This document shows positions 52,060-61,568 of a DNA stretch of 64,000 nucleotides, piece by piece. Every line of letters begins with the position of its first letter. Position 1 is the stretch's first letter. The DNA comes from an uncultured Pseudomonadota bacterium (lineage in GTDB: Bacteria; Pseudomonadota; Alphaproteobacteria; JACZXZ01): positions 160,001-224,000 of the forward strand of contig CAVVLJ010000021.1 of assembly GCA_963749075.1 (NCBI GenBank), written 5' to 3'. The position numbers and the translations under genes are program-made. The notes beneath the pieces were generated by a model. It did no database searches. It saw only the letters and a program-made list of their open reading frames with translations, and was not told the origin of the DNA.

Positions 52060-52698
52060 ATGAGAGTCTTGAGGAGCGCCGCCTTGGCGGCGGCATTGCT
52101 GGTCCAGCCGCTCGCCGCAATGGCGGCGACGCCGGCGGCCACGCTCTCCGAGAGCGACCGCGCGGACGTGGCGCGCGTCGAGCAGTACCTCAATTCCATC
52201 CGCACGGTCGCCGCGCGCTTCATGCAGAGCTCGGAGGGCCGCGTCGCGCAAGGCAACTTCTACCTCGAGCGGCCGGGCAAAATGCGCATCCAGTACGATC
52301 CCCCGGACCCGCTCTTCATGGTGGCGAGCGGCATGTATCTCTCGGTCTACGACCCGCAGCTCAAGCAGGCGAGCTATCTGCCGATCGATTCCACGCCCGC
52401 CTATTTCCTCGTCAAGGACAAGGTGGGCTTCGAGGACAACGTGACGGTGAGCAAGATCGTGCGCGGCAGCGACGCGCTGCGCGTGACGCTCCACGACAGG
52501 GACCATCCCGACCAGGGCCGCATCACGCTCGTGTTCAGCGACAAGCCGCTGCAGCTGCGCAAGTGGACGGTGATAGACCGCAACGGCAAGGAGATCGACG
52601 TGGCGCTCCTCGACGCCCAGTTCGACACCAAGCTCGACCCCAATCTCTTCAAGTTCGTCGACCCCTCGCCGAGCGCCGGTCCAGGACACGCCAATTGA
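52060..52698 (+). CDS. lolA: Outer-membrane lipoprotein carrier LolA (copy 2)
   Basis: Tandem paralog: GNFYLERPGKMRIQYD, TKLDPNLFKFVDPSP shared with copy 1. Confidence 0.85.
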   Translation: MRVLRSAALAAALLVQPLAAMAATPAATLSESDRADVARVEQYLNSIRTVAARFMQSSEGRVAQGNFYLERPGKMRIQYDPPDPLFMVASGMYLSVYDPQLKQASYLPIDSTPAYFLVKDKVGFEDNVTVSKIVRGSDALRVTLHDRDHPDQGRITLVFSDKPLQLRKWTVIDRNGKEIDVALLDAQFDTKLDPNLFKFVDPSPSAGPGHAN

Positions 52699-52793
52699 CC
52701 GCCGGCCGGCGGCACGGCCGCGGATTTCCCTTGCGGGCGGCGCCCGCCCATGATTCCCTAGTGCCGCAAGCGGCAACTCTGCGGGCGAATGCC

Positions 52794-53582
52794 ATGTCGA
52801 CAAACGGCCTCCGTTCCCTCATCGGCCTGCCGGCCTGCGTGCGGGAGGTCAACGGCTTCCCCTTTCACGCCTGCGGCGAGAAATATCTCAACGCGGTCGT
52901 GCTGGGCGCGGAAGGCATGCCGATCATCATCCCGGCGCTCGGCGACGACCACGACCTGCCGGCACTCGTCGCCAGCCTCGACGGCCTCATGCTCACGGGC
53001 AGCCCCTCGAACGTCGAGCCGCATCATTACGACGGCCCCGAGAGCGTGCCCGGCACCAAGCACGATCCCTCGCGCGACGCCACCACGCTCCCCCTCATCC
53101 GCGAGGCGCTGCGCGCCGGCCTCCCTCTCCTCGCCATCTGCCGCGGCATCCAGGAGCTCAATGTGGCGCTCGGCGGCAGCCTCCATCAGCGGGTGCAGGA
53201 ACTGCCCGGCAAGATGGACCACCGCATGCCGCAGGGCGAGCCCCGCGAGGTGCAATACGCCCCGCGCCACGCGGTGAAGCTGACGCCCGGCGGCATGCTC
53301 GCGCGCTTGACCGGGCAGCAGGAGCTCATTGTCAACTCGCTCCACGCCCAGGCCATCGACCAACCGGCGCCGCGGCTCATGGTCGAGGCCGTCTCGAGCG
53401 ACGGCATCGTCGAGGCCGTCAGCGTCAAGGACGCGGCGAATTTCGCGCTCGGCGTGCAATGGCACCCCGAATGGAAGCTCTTGGAGAACCCGGTCTCGCG
53501 CGCCCTCTTCCGCGCCTTCGGAGACGCGGCGCGCGCGCGCGCCGAGGCCCGCGCGCGAGGCCGGATCGGCATCGCCGCATAG
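52794..53582 (+). CDS. gamma-glutamyl-GABA hydrolase family (peptidase C26, PuuD-like)
   Basis: DGLMLTGSPSNV, LAICRGIQE, VNSLHAQ, GVQWHPEW. Confidence 0.9.
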   Translation: MSTNGLRSLIGLPACVREVNGFPFHACGEKYLNAVVLGAEGMPIIIPALGDDHDLPALVASLDGLMLTGSPSNVEPHHYDGPESVPGTKHDPSRDATTLPLIREALRAGLPLLAICRGIQELNVALGGSLHQRVQELPGKMDHRMPQGEPREVQYAPRHAVKLTPGGMLARLTGQQELIVNSLHAQAIDQPAPRLMVEAVSSDGIVEAVSVKDAANFALGVQWHPEWKLLENPVSRALFRAFGDAARARAEARARGRIGIAA

Positions 53583-53889
53583 CTCCGGCGTTCACTTTTT
53601 CGTGACGCGGCGCCCTCCGAGCTGAAGGATTTCCGCAACCGAGCCGCGTGCCAGGCGGCGTCTCAAGCACCTCTTTCCCAGGCGTGCCGCGGGTTGCGCG
53701 GTGGTGCGGGCGCTCGCTCGCGTTCATGGCCGCGCTGAGAGACCTGCGGGCCGGGAAGACCCGTGCCACCTGCGGCGCATGCCGCGGCGCACAGGGAGGC
53801 CCAATTCGTATCCGTCGTTAGTGCGTAGGGTTGGGCGTGGGACCGCGTCGGCGCTCCGCCATGACGGTCCGCCGCGGCCATTGGCGCGC

Positions 53890-55587
53890 ATGAGCGACGA
53901 GCAGGAGCCTAAGAGAGCGGGCGTAGCCGCGAAGCCCGGTGCCTCGCCCGCGGGCGACGCGCGGGCGCTCCTTGCGCGCGCGCGGGAGTGCCACCGCGCC
54001 GGCCGCATCGCCGCCGCCGAAGAGCTCTATCGCGAGGTCCTCGCCGGCTGGCCCGAGACGGCGCAGGCGCATCGCCTCCTCGGCATTCTCTATGCCGAGA
54101 GCGGGCGCGGCGAGGCGGCCATCGACGAGCTCGCCGCGGCAGCGCGTCTCGCTCCCGGCAATGCACTCTTCCTCAATGATCTGGGCAGCGCCTATCTGGC
54201 CGCGAACCGTCCCGCGGAGGCCGCCCAGGCCTATCGCCGGGCGCTCGAGCTCGGCCCCGATCTCCCCGCTACGCACTTCGGCCTGGGCAATCTTTTCCGC
54301 CGTCAAGGCAGGCTCGACGAGGCCATCGCCGCCTACCGCCGAGCGACCGCCATCGACCCGGGGCTCGTGCACGTCCACATCAACCTCGGCGTCACGTTGC
54401 AAGAGGCGTCGGCGTTCGACGAGGCGGTCGCGGCGTTGCGCCGGGCGGTGGCGCTCGACAGCCGGTCCTTCGCCGCCCAGTTCAATCTCGGCCTCGTGCT
54501 CGCGACCCAGCGCCGGCCGCAGGAGGCGGTCGCGGCCTACCGCGCGGCCGTCGCGATCGACCCGCAGTCGGCGGCGGCACACCTCAATCTCGGCACGGCG
54601 CTCGAGGAAGCGGACAACCTCGTCGAGGCGAAGCTGTGCTTCGCGCGCGCCGCCGCACTCGATCCGGCTCTCGCCCAGGCGCACGTCAATCTCGGCGCCG
54701 TCCTCTACGAGGAGGGCGAATTCGCAGCAGCACTCGCCGCCATCAGGCGCGGCCTCGCGATCGAGCCCGGCAAGGCGCTCACTTACGTCAACCTGGCGCA
54801 GACGCTCCAGGTCCTGGGCGAGCCGGCCGCGGCCGATGCCGCCTTCCGCCGCGCGCTCGCACTCGATCCGGCGCTCACCACCGCCAAGGCCCATTGGTCG
54901 ATCGCCTTGCAGCAGGCCGGCAACTGGGAGGAGGCGCAGGCGCTTCTCGACTATCCCCATCTTCTGCGCACGCGGCGGCTCGGCGAGGTCGCGGGCTGGG
55001 CCACGGTCGCCGCCTTCAACGCCGAGCTCGCGCGCCACGTCTATGGGCACCCGACGCTCATGCGCGACCCGCCGGCCAAGGCGACCCAGAACGGCAGCCA
55101 GACCATGGAGATCCTCAATTCCGCAGCACCCCCCATCGCGGCGCTGCAGCGCTTCATCGAGGACTCGGTGCGCGGCTATTTCGCGACGGCGCTGGCGGCC
55201 GGCCGCAGCCCGCTCGTGCCGTCGCCGCCACGGGCCTGGCATCTCCACGGCTGGGCGGTGGTGCTGCGCGCGAGCGGCTACCAGACGCCGCATTTTCATC
55301 CGGAGGCGGTGGTGAGCGGCGTCTATTACGTGCAGATCCCTGAGGTGGTGAAGGCCGGCGTGGCCGGAGAGGGCGGCTTCATCAAGTTCGGCCCGCCGGC
55401 CGACGGCACGCCCGGGGCCGCGGCCGCGGAGACGCCGCTCAGCGTGTCCATCCGCCCCGAGGAAGGCATGATCGTCCTTTTCCCCTCCTATTTCTGGCAC
55501 CACACCGTCCCCTTCGAGGGCGAGGAGGAGCGCATCTGCATCGCCTTCGACGTGGTGCCCGACACCGGCCCCGCCCGCCTTGCGTGA
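53890..55587 (+). CDS. TPR-repeat protein with C-terminal putative 2OG-Fe(II) oxygenase domain
   Basis: ~9 TPRs; WAVVL..GYQTPHFHP..SGVYYV..LFPSYFWHHTVPF..RICIAFD. Confidence 0.85.
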   Translation: MSDEQEPKRAGVAAKPGASPAGDARALLARARECHRAGRIAAAEELYREVLAGWPETAQAHRLLGILYAESGRGEAAIDELAAAARLAPGNALFLNDLGSAYLAANRPAEAAQAYRRALELGPDLPATHFGLGNLFRRQGRLDEAIAAYRRATAIDPGLVHVHINLGVTLQEASAFDEAVAALRRAVALDSRSFAAQFNLGLVLATQRRPQEAVAAYRAAVAIDPQSAAAHLNLGTALEEADNLVEAKLCFARAAALDPALAQAHVNLGAVLYEEGEFAAALAAIRRGLAIEPGKALTYVNLAQTLQVLGEPAAADAAFRRALALDPALTTAKAHWSIALQQAGNWEEAQALLDYPHLLRTRRLGEVAGWATVAAFNAELARHVYGHPTLMRDPPAKATQNGSQTMEILNSAAPPIAALQRFIEDSVRGYFATALAAGRSPLVPSPPRAWHLHGWAVVLRASGYQTPHFHPEAVVSGVYYVQIPEVVKAGVAGEGGFIKFGPPADGTPGAAAAETPLSVSIRPEEGMIVLFPSYFWHHTVPFEGEEERICIAFDVVPDTGPARLA

Positions 55588-55649
55588 ACGGCATGGCAGC
55601 CGGTCGCGCCTGGAATGGGAATTTGCCGTCCGGAGGCCTATCTCTTAAT

Positions 55650-55760
55650 CGAGCGGTCGGCCCACAGGGCCGGTCGCCCGAGGGCAACTCCCCTGGTGCC
55701 CTCGGGCTCTTTGAGCTCTGAACGCCCGGTCATGCCCCCCTAGACCGGGCGTTCGCTCGT
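55650..55760 (+). ncRNA. Candidate three-hairpin small RNA with C-rich loops
   Basis: Stems at 55654-55676, 55677-55706 (perfect 10 bp) and 55720-55754 (perfect 12 bp); CCTATCT promoter-like motif upstream. Confidence 0.5.
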
Positions 55761-55866
55761 CTGGAGCCCTGCGGGCGGCCGCAGCGCTTGTCAAGGTGCC
55801 AGGCGCCGCATAGCGTGCCGCCAAGCGAGAGACGGGCCGGAGCCGCCGGCCGGGCCGAGGTGCTCC

Positions 55867-56895
55867 ATGGCGTTCACGGTGAGGATCCGCCAGCACGAGC
55901 GTGCGCTTGCCGTGGCCGCAGGCGAGACCATCCTCGCCGCGGCGCTCAAGGCCGACGTGCCCTACCCCCACGGCTGCCAGGCGGGCAATTGCGGCACCTG
56001 CAAATCGCGCCTCTATGCCGGCGAGGTCGCCATGGCGCCCTATTCCAGCTATGCATTGAGCGCCGCCGAGCGCTCGGCCGGGCTCATCCTCGCCTGCCGC
56101 GCGGTGCCGCGCTCCGACGCCGAGGTCGGCTGGCTCGACAGCGACGGGAGCATCGCCCATCCGGTGCGCCGGCTCGCCTGCCGCGTCGTGACGCTCGAGG
56201 ACGCGACCCATGACATCCGGCGCGTGCGCCTTGCGGTCGAGGCGGGCGGCCCCTTCCGCTTCTCCGCCGGGCAATATGCGCGCGCGAGCTTCGGGGTCGA
56301 GGCGCCGCGCGATTATTCCATGGCCAATACGCCGGCCGAGCCCGTCATCGAGTTCCACATCCGCGCGCTCTCCGACGGCCGCTCGTCGCGCTACGCGGCG
56401 GAGCGGCTCGCGCTCGGCGAGGCCGTGGAGGTCGAAGGGCCGTTCGGCACCGCTTATTGGCGCGCGCGCCATCCGGGGCCGCTCCTGGCGATCGCCGGCG
56501 GCTCCGGCTTGGCACCCATCAAGTCGATCGTGGAGACCGCCCTCGCCCACGGCATGTGCCAGCCGATCGAGCTTTATTTCGGCGCGCGCGGCGAGCGCGA
56601 CCTCTACCTCGAGGACCGCTTCGCGGCCCTCGCGCGCCGCCATGCGAACTTGAGCTTCATCCCGGTGCTGAGCGCGCCCGAGCGGCCGAGCGCACGGCGC
56701 CGCGGCCTCGTCCACGAGGAGGCCGCCGCCGCGCGCGCGAGCTACGAGGGCTGGAAGGCCTATCTTGCGGGCCCGCTGGCGATGGTCGAGGCGGCGACGG
56801 CTACTCTGCGCGCGCGCGGCATGCGCACCGAGGACATCCACGCCGACGCCTTCTATACTGAGGCGGAGAAGGCCGGACTGGCGGCACCCCGGTGA
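55867..56895 (+). CDS. 2Fe-2S ferredoxin-FAD/NAD reductase fusion (oxygenase reductase type)
   Basis: GCQAGNCGTC, LACR, GQY, RDYSMAN, GPFG, AGGSGLAP. Confidence 0.9.
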   Translation: MAFTVRIRQHERALAVAAGETILAAALKADVPYPHGCQAGNCGTCKSRLYAGEVAMAPYSSYALSAAERSAGLILACRAVPRSDAEVGWLDSDGSIAHPVRRLACRVVTLEDATHDIRRVRLAVEAGGPFRFSAGQYARASFGVEAPRDYSMANTPAEPVIEFHIRALSDGRSSRYAAERLALGEAVEVEGPFGTAYWRARHPGPLLAIAGGSGLAPIKSIVETALAHGMCQPIELYFGARGERDLYLEDRFAALARRHANLSFIPVLSAPERPSARRRGLVHEEAAAARASYEGWKAYLAGPLAMVEAATATLRARGMRTEDIHADAFYTEAEKAGLAAPR

Positions 56896-56959
56896 GCGTG
56901 CCGCCGCGCGCGATTTAGCACCACCCTCCCCTGCCGCCACCAGGATCGCCTCGCCCCCC

Positions 56960-57751
56960 ATGCGCATCGTCAGCTGGAACATCAACTCGGTCCGTATCCG
57001 CATCGGCCTCGTCGAGCGCCTCATCGCCGAGGCTGCTCCGGACGTGCTCTGCCTCCAGGAGACCAAGGTCCAGGACCCGCAGTTCCCCGTCGAGCCCTTC
57101 GAGCGGCTCGGCTACAAGCACCGCCTCGTGCACGGCATGAAGTCCTACAACGGCGTCGCCATCCTCTCGCGCGTGCCGCTCAAGGAGGCCGGTATCAAGG
57201 GCTGGTGCGGCAAGGAGGACTGCCGCCACGCCTTCGCCACGCTCGCGGGCGGCGTCGAGCTGCACAACTATTACATCCCCGCGGGAGGCGACGTGCCCGA
57301 TCCCGAGGCCAACCCGAAGTTCGCCCACAAGCTCCGCTTCCTGGCCGAGCTCGTCGCGTGGTGGCAGGCGCGGCGCAAGCCGCGGCGCAAGGCGGTCATC
57401 GTGGGCGACCTCAACATCGCCCCGCTCGAGAGCGACGTGTGGTCGCACAAGGCGCTCCTCGACGTGGTCAGCCACACGCCGCTCGAGGTCGAGTGGCTCG
57501 CCAAGCTGCAGGCGGCGCACGGCTTCGTCGACGCCGTGCGCCGCTTCGTCCCCGCCGAGGAGAAGCTCTACAGCTGGTGGAGCTACCGCGCCGCCGACTG
57601 GCGCGCCGCCGACCGCGGCCGCCGCCTCGACCATATCTGGGTGACGCCGGCGCTCGGCGACCGGCTCGAGGGCGCCGCCGTCCTCAAGGACGCGCGCGGC
57701 TGGGAGCTGCCCTCCGACCACGCCCCGGTGGTGGCCGATATCGGAATATAG
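56960..57751 (+). CDS. xth: Exodeoxyribonuclease III
   Basis: MRIVSWNINS, LCLQETK, YNGVAILS, GDLNIAP, RLDHIW, PSDHAPV. Confidence 0.95.
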   Translation: MRIVSWNINSVRIRIGLVERLIAEAAPDVLCLQETKVQDPQFPVEPFERLGYKHRLVHGMKSYNGVAILSRVPLKEAGIKGWCGKEDCRHAFATLAGGVELHNYYIPAGGDVPDPEANPKFAHKLRFLAELVAWWQARRKPRRKAVIVGDLNIAPLESDVWSHKALLDVVSHTPLEVEWLAKLQAAHGFVDAVRRFVPAEEKLYSWWSYRAADWRAADRGRRLDHIWVTPALGDRLEGAAVLKDARGWELPSDHAPVVADIGI

Positions 57752-57760
57752 GCCGCTCCC

Positions 57761-58249
57761 TCACGCCGCGCGGTACATGTAATAGCGCCCGGGCTCGAGG
57801 CCGTCGGGGAGCTCGAGCTCCCGCCACGCCGGCTGCGGCATGGGCTGGTCGCCGAGCACGATGCCGCCCTCGGCCATGAGGGGTGCCAAGAGCGGCGCGA
57901 TCGCGGCGGCGAGGGCGAGGCTCGCCTCGCGGCTGTGCGAGCCGATGTCGCAGTGCGCGAGCGCTGCCTTGCCGCCGATGCGCGGCAAGGCTGCCGGCAG
58001 CGTCGCGCGGAAATCGCCTTGGACGAAGTGCGCCTCATCGGGGCGCGAGCTCGGGTGCGCCGCAAGCTCGCGGTCGAAGACGAAGATCTCGCGGGTTCCA
58101 AAGCGCTCGCGCAGATGGTCGTAGGTGCGCCCGTTGCCGAGCCCGAGCTCGAGGATCGGGCCTGGGACGCCGGCGATGAGCGCGGCCGCGTGGTCGATCG
58201 TGGCGCGCTGCGCCTCGAGGCGCCGGATGAAGCTGTCGAGCCGGCTCAC
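57761..58249 (-). CDS. Class I SAM-dependent methyltransferase (Methyltransf_17-like)
   Basis: MSRLDSFIRRL.AQR, LELGLGNGRTYDHLRE. Confidence 0.82.
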   Translation of the reverse strand: MSRLDSFIRRLEAQRATIDHAAALIAGVPGPILELGLGNGRTYDHLRERFGTREIFVFDRELAAHPSSRPDEAHFVQGDFRATLPAALPRIGGKAALAHCDIGSHSREASLALAAAIAPLLAPLMAEGGIVLGDQPMPQPAWRELELPDGLEPGRYYMYRAA

Positions 58250-58704
58250 GGATGTCCCGCGTGGCTCACCGCTTCGCGCAGCTGGTGCGTCGTGCGCTCG
58301 AGGCGGTCGGCGAGCACGCGCATGATCTCGATGCCCATCTGGGGGAACTCGGTGATCAGGCGGAAGAAGAGCTCCTTCGAGATGCGCAGCGTCACCAGCT
58401 CGCTCTTGGCCTTGACGGTCGCGGTGCGCGGCACGTCGCAGAGGATGGCGATCTCGCCGACGATCGCGTTGCGCGCGAGGACCGCCACCACGAGCGGCCC
58501 CTCGGGGCTCTCGACGATCACCTCGGCCTCGCCGCTCAAGATGATGTAGGCCGAATTGCCGGGGTCGCCCTGGTGGAAGATGACCTGGTCGGCGGGATAG
58601 GTGAGGCGCTCCGAGGCGAAGGCGAGCAGCTTCAGCTTCGAGGCCTCGATCTTGCCGAAGAGGGGGATGTTGCGCAGAATCTCGACTTCTTCCTTGAGAC
58701 TCAT
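58246..58704 (-). CDS. Stand-alone cyclic nucleotide-binding domain protein
   Basis: IFHQGDPG.SAYII.SG, GEIAILCDVPRTATV; no HTH. Confidence 0.9.
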   Translation of the reverse strand: MSLKEEVEILRNIPLFGKIEASKLKLLAFASERLTYPADQVIFHQGDPGNSAYIILSGEAEVIVESPEGPLVVAVLARNAIVGEIAILCDVPRTATVKAKSELVTLRISKELFFRLITEFPQMGIEIMRVLADRLERTTHQLREAVSHAGHP

Positions 58705-58722
58705 CTTATCCTCCCGCTCGCC

Positions 58723-61389
58723 TTACTCGGCCGTGACCAATTCGTGGAATGCCGTGCCCTTGCGGTCGAGCTCGGCGACGCTGCCGTCCTCGACCAGCCT
58801 GCCGGCGCGCATGACGAGCACGCGGTCGAAGCCGCGCGCCAAAGTGGCGCGGTTGAGCACGGCGATGAGACCGCGGCCCTTGAACTCGGCGCGCAGCCGC
58901 TCAAGCACGCGGACCTGCGCCGCGCTGTCGAGTGCGGCGAGCGCGTCGTTGAGCACGAGGAGGTCCGGCCGCTTGAGCACGGCGCGGGCGATCGCCAGCT
59001 TCTGGCGCTGGCCGCCCGAGAGCCGGCCGCCGGCGCTCCCGATGTTGAAGCCGAGGCCGGCCTCCATCACGGCATTGCGCAAGCCGAGCTGCTCGAGGAC
59101 CTCCTGGATGAGGGCCCCCACGCGCTGGGCGCCCTGGGGCTGGCCATAGGCGAGCTTGCCGAACAGCACGTTGTCCTGCAGCGTGGCGGCGGCGTTGTAG
59201 CGCTCGAAGTCGAAGAACTCGACGGCGCCCTTGAGCGCCGGCGGCAGGCCGTCCCTGAAGACCCCGCGCGCCTTGAGGATGCGCTCCTTGAAGGCGTCGT
59301 CGACCAGGTCGAGGCGATGGCGGGCCGGGATGAGCTTGAAGGGCAGGTTCAAGAGGCGCTTCTTGTCGTCGTCTCTGATCTGGCCGAGCGGCGCGCTGCC
59401 GACGCGGCTCAGGAGGGCCTGGTACTCGGGCAGCTCGTCGGCGCTGATGAAGGAGTACTGCTCGAAGAGCTCGCTGCCCGGCGGCAGATCGGCGAAGAGC
59501 TCGACCATCGTCGATGCCGCCTCGCGGCCCATGGCGAGGATGGTCTCGGTGAGGCCGGCCTTGTCGAGGACGGCGAGCACATAGGCGTTCTCCGCCAGGC
59601 GGTCCATGTCGAAGCCGCTGTCGAGCGGCGTGCCGAAGAGGAGGTTCTCCGCGACGCTCGCGTTGTCGTTGTAGCGCTCGCGGTCGAAGAGCTCGACGAG
59701 CTTGGCGAAGCCCGGCTCGGCCAGGCGCGCGCGCATGGCATGGCGCGCCTCGACGATGCTCTTGGCCAGATCGGGCTTCTTCGCGGGATCGATGACGCTG
59801 CGCATGCCCACGTGGTAGACGTTATCCTCCATCTCGGTGATGCCGAGGGTGGCAAGCGCCCTGGCCCTGAGCTCCTCCGCCGTGCCGGCGCCGGCGGCGG
59901 CCGCGTCGATCCAGTCCGCCTGGATGTCGAGCGGCAAGTTGCCGGTGCGCTCGGCCTCCAGCATGATCGCCGCGCGTTCGGGCGAGGCCGCCCCGTTCGA
60001 TACCGGCCTGTGCTTGAGCGCGTAATAGAGATTGTCGTTGACGGTGCCCGAGAAGAGATAGCTGTGCTGGGCGACGAAGCCGATGCGCCGGCCGGTGACC
60101 GCCTCGGGCAGGTCGGCGAGGTTCTTCTCCCCGATGGTGATCTTGCCCGAGCTCGGCGCGAGGAGATGCGCGATCAAGAGGCCGAGCTCCTCCTTGCCGC
60201 TGGCGCCCGCGCCGATGACCGCGAGGTGGCTCTCGAGCGGGAAGCGCGCCGAGACGCCGTCCACGAGCTTGAGCCGGCCGTCCTCGCTGAGGCCGACGTT
60301 CGCCAACTGGACGTCGCCTTTGAGCGGCTCGATCTTCTCGGGCTCGGCGAGCTGCATCGCCTCGTCGAGCGTGCCGGGCGGGGCGAACTGCTGCACCACC
60401 TGCTCGTACATGATGCGCGCGTTGTCCTTGCTCTGGTAGAAGGTGAGCAGCTCGCCCCACGGCGACGCCAAATCCTTCTGCGCGCCGATGACCGCGACGA
60501 GCGCTCCGATATCGAGCCGCCCCTCGAGGACGAGATAGCCGCCGATCGTGAAGAAGAAGAACGGCGTCACTTTGTCGCACGTGTTGTTGATGTATTTGAC
60601 GAGGAATTTGAGGATGAAGATCCTGAGGCGGACGCGGTATTGCGTATAGAGCCGGCTGGAGAAATCGGCGCGCTCGAAGCGCGAGGTGTCGTTGGCGCGG
60701 ATCTCGAGGGCACCCCCCACCGCCTCGCCCAGGCGGTCGGAGAGCCCGCGCTGCGTGCGGATGCGCTGCTTGTTGTACTCGTTGATGCGCTGCTGCATCT
60801 TCGGGATGAGAAAGCCCTGCGCGGGGTAGAGCGCCACCGCCGCCAGGCCGAGCCAGAAATTCTGCACCAGGATGAAGATGAGCGGCACCAGGAGGAGGCC
60901 GCCCTGGAAGATCGGCGTCGCCACCGCATCGCCCACGAATTCGCCCAGCGTGAGGGTCTCGGCGATGATCATCGCGATGATCTCGCCCACGGAGATCTTC
61001 TTGAAGTGGGGCAGCGGGAAGCAGAGGATGCGGCTATAGAGCTGGTAGCGCATGCGGCGCAGCATGCGCTCGCCGAGGCGCCCCTTGTAGACGTTGATGA
61101 AATATTTGAAGCCGCCGTTGACGACGGTGAGCACCAGAAAGACGCAGGACAGCAGCATCAGCCACTCGACCGCGCCGAATTTCGTGCCGAAGAGGTGGTT
61201 CGACTTCACCGCCTCGAGCCCGCCGCCGCGGAAGGCCTGGTTGGCGGAGTCCTTGATGTGATTGACGATCAGCTTGGGCAGATCATATGAATAATAGAGA
61301 AACGGAAAGGACGCTGCCGTGACGACGAGTAAGATGATTTGCTCCTTGAGACTGTACTTCAGGATGAAGCGATAAATAGTCTTTTCCAC
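58723..61389 (-). CDS. ABC exporter, fused permease/ATPase with large internal insertion
   Basis: N-terminal TMD; degenerate Walker A GAGASGKEE; LSGGQRQK; Walker B LLVLND. Confidence 0.87.
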   Translation of the reverse strand: MEKTIYRFILKYSLKEQIILLVVTAASFPFLYYSYDLPKLIVNHIKDSANQAFRGGGLEAVKSNHLFGTKFGAVEWLMLLSCVFLVLTVVNGGFKYFINVYKGRLGERMLRRMRYQLYSRILCFPLPHFKKISVGEIIAMIIAETLTLGEFVGDAVATPIFQGGLLLVPLIFILVQNFWLGLAAVALYPAQGFLIPKMQQRINEYNKQRIRTQRGLSDRLGEAVGGALEIRANDTSRFERADFSSRLYTQYRVRLRIFILKFLVKYINNTCDKVTPFFFFTIGGYLVLEGRLDIGALVAVIGAQKDLASPWGELLTFYQSKDNARIMYEQVVQQFAPPGTLDEAMQLAEPEKIEPLKGDVQLANVGLSEDGRLKLVDGVSARFPLESHLAVIGAGASGKEELGLLIAHLLAPSSGKITIGEKNLADLPEAVTGRRIGFVAQHSYLFSGTVNDNLYYALKHRPVSNGAASPERAAIMLEAERTGNLPLDIQADWIDAAAAGAGTAEELRARALATLGITEMEDNVYHVGMRSVIDPAKKPDLAKSIVEARHAMRARLAEPGFAKLVELFDRERYNDNASVAENLLFGTPLDSGFDMDRLAENAYVLAVLDKAGLTETILAMGREAASTMVELFADLPPGSELFEQYSFISADELPEYQALLSRVGSAPLGQIRDDDKKRLLNLPFKLIPARHRLDLVDDAFKERILKARGVFRDGLPPALKGAVEFFDFERYNAAATLQDNVLFGKLAYGQPQGAQRVGALIQEVLEQLGLRNAVMEAGLGFNIGSAGGRLSGGQRQKLAIARAVLKRPDLLVLNDALAALDSAAQVRVLERLRAEFKGRGLIAVLNRATLARGFDRVLVMRAGRLVEDGSVAELDRKGTAFHELVTAE

Positions 61390-61568
61390 GGCCCTTTTTC
61401 CCTATTTTTCGTAGCGGGCAGGGAACCCTCGCGCCCCGCCCGAGCTTACCCCAGCCGCTCGGGGCCGTAAATGCCGCCCGGCTGGAGGTCGCGCAGCCCG
61501 GCAAGACTGGCTTTGACCTCGGCACCCGCGATAGGCTATGGGAGGCGGGGCACCGAAAGGAGGATGCA

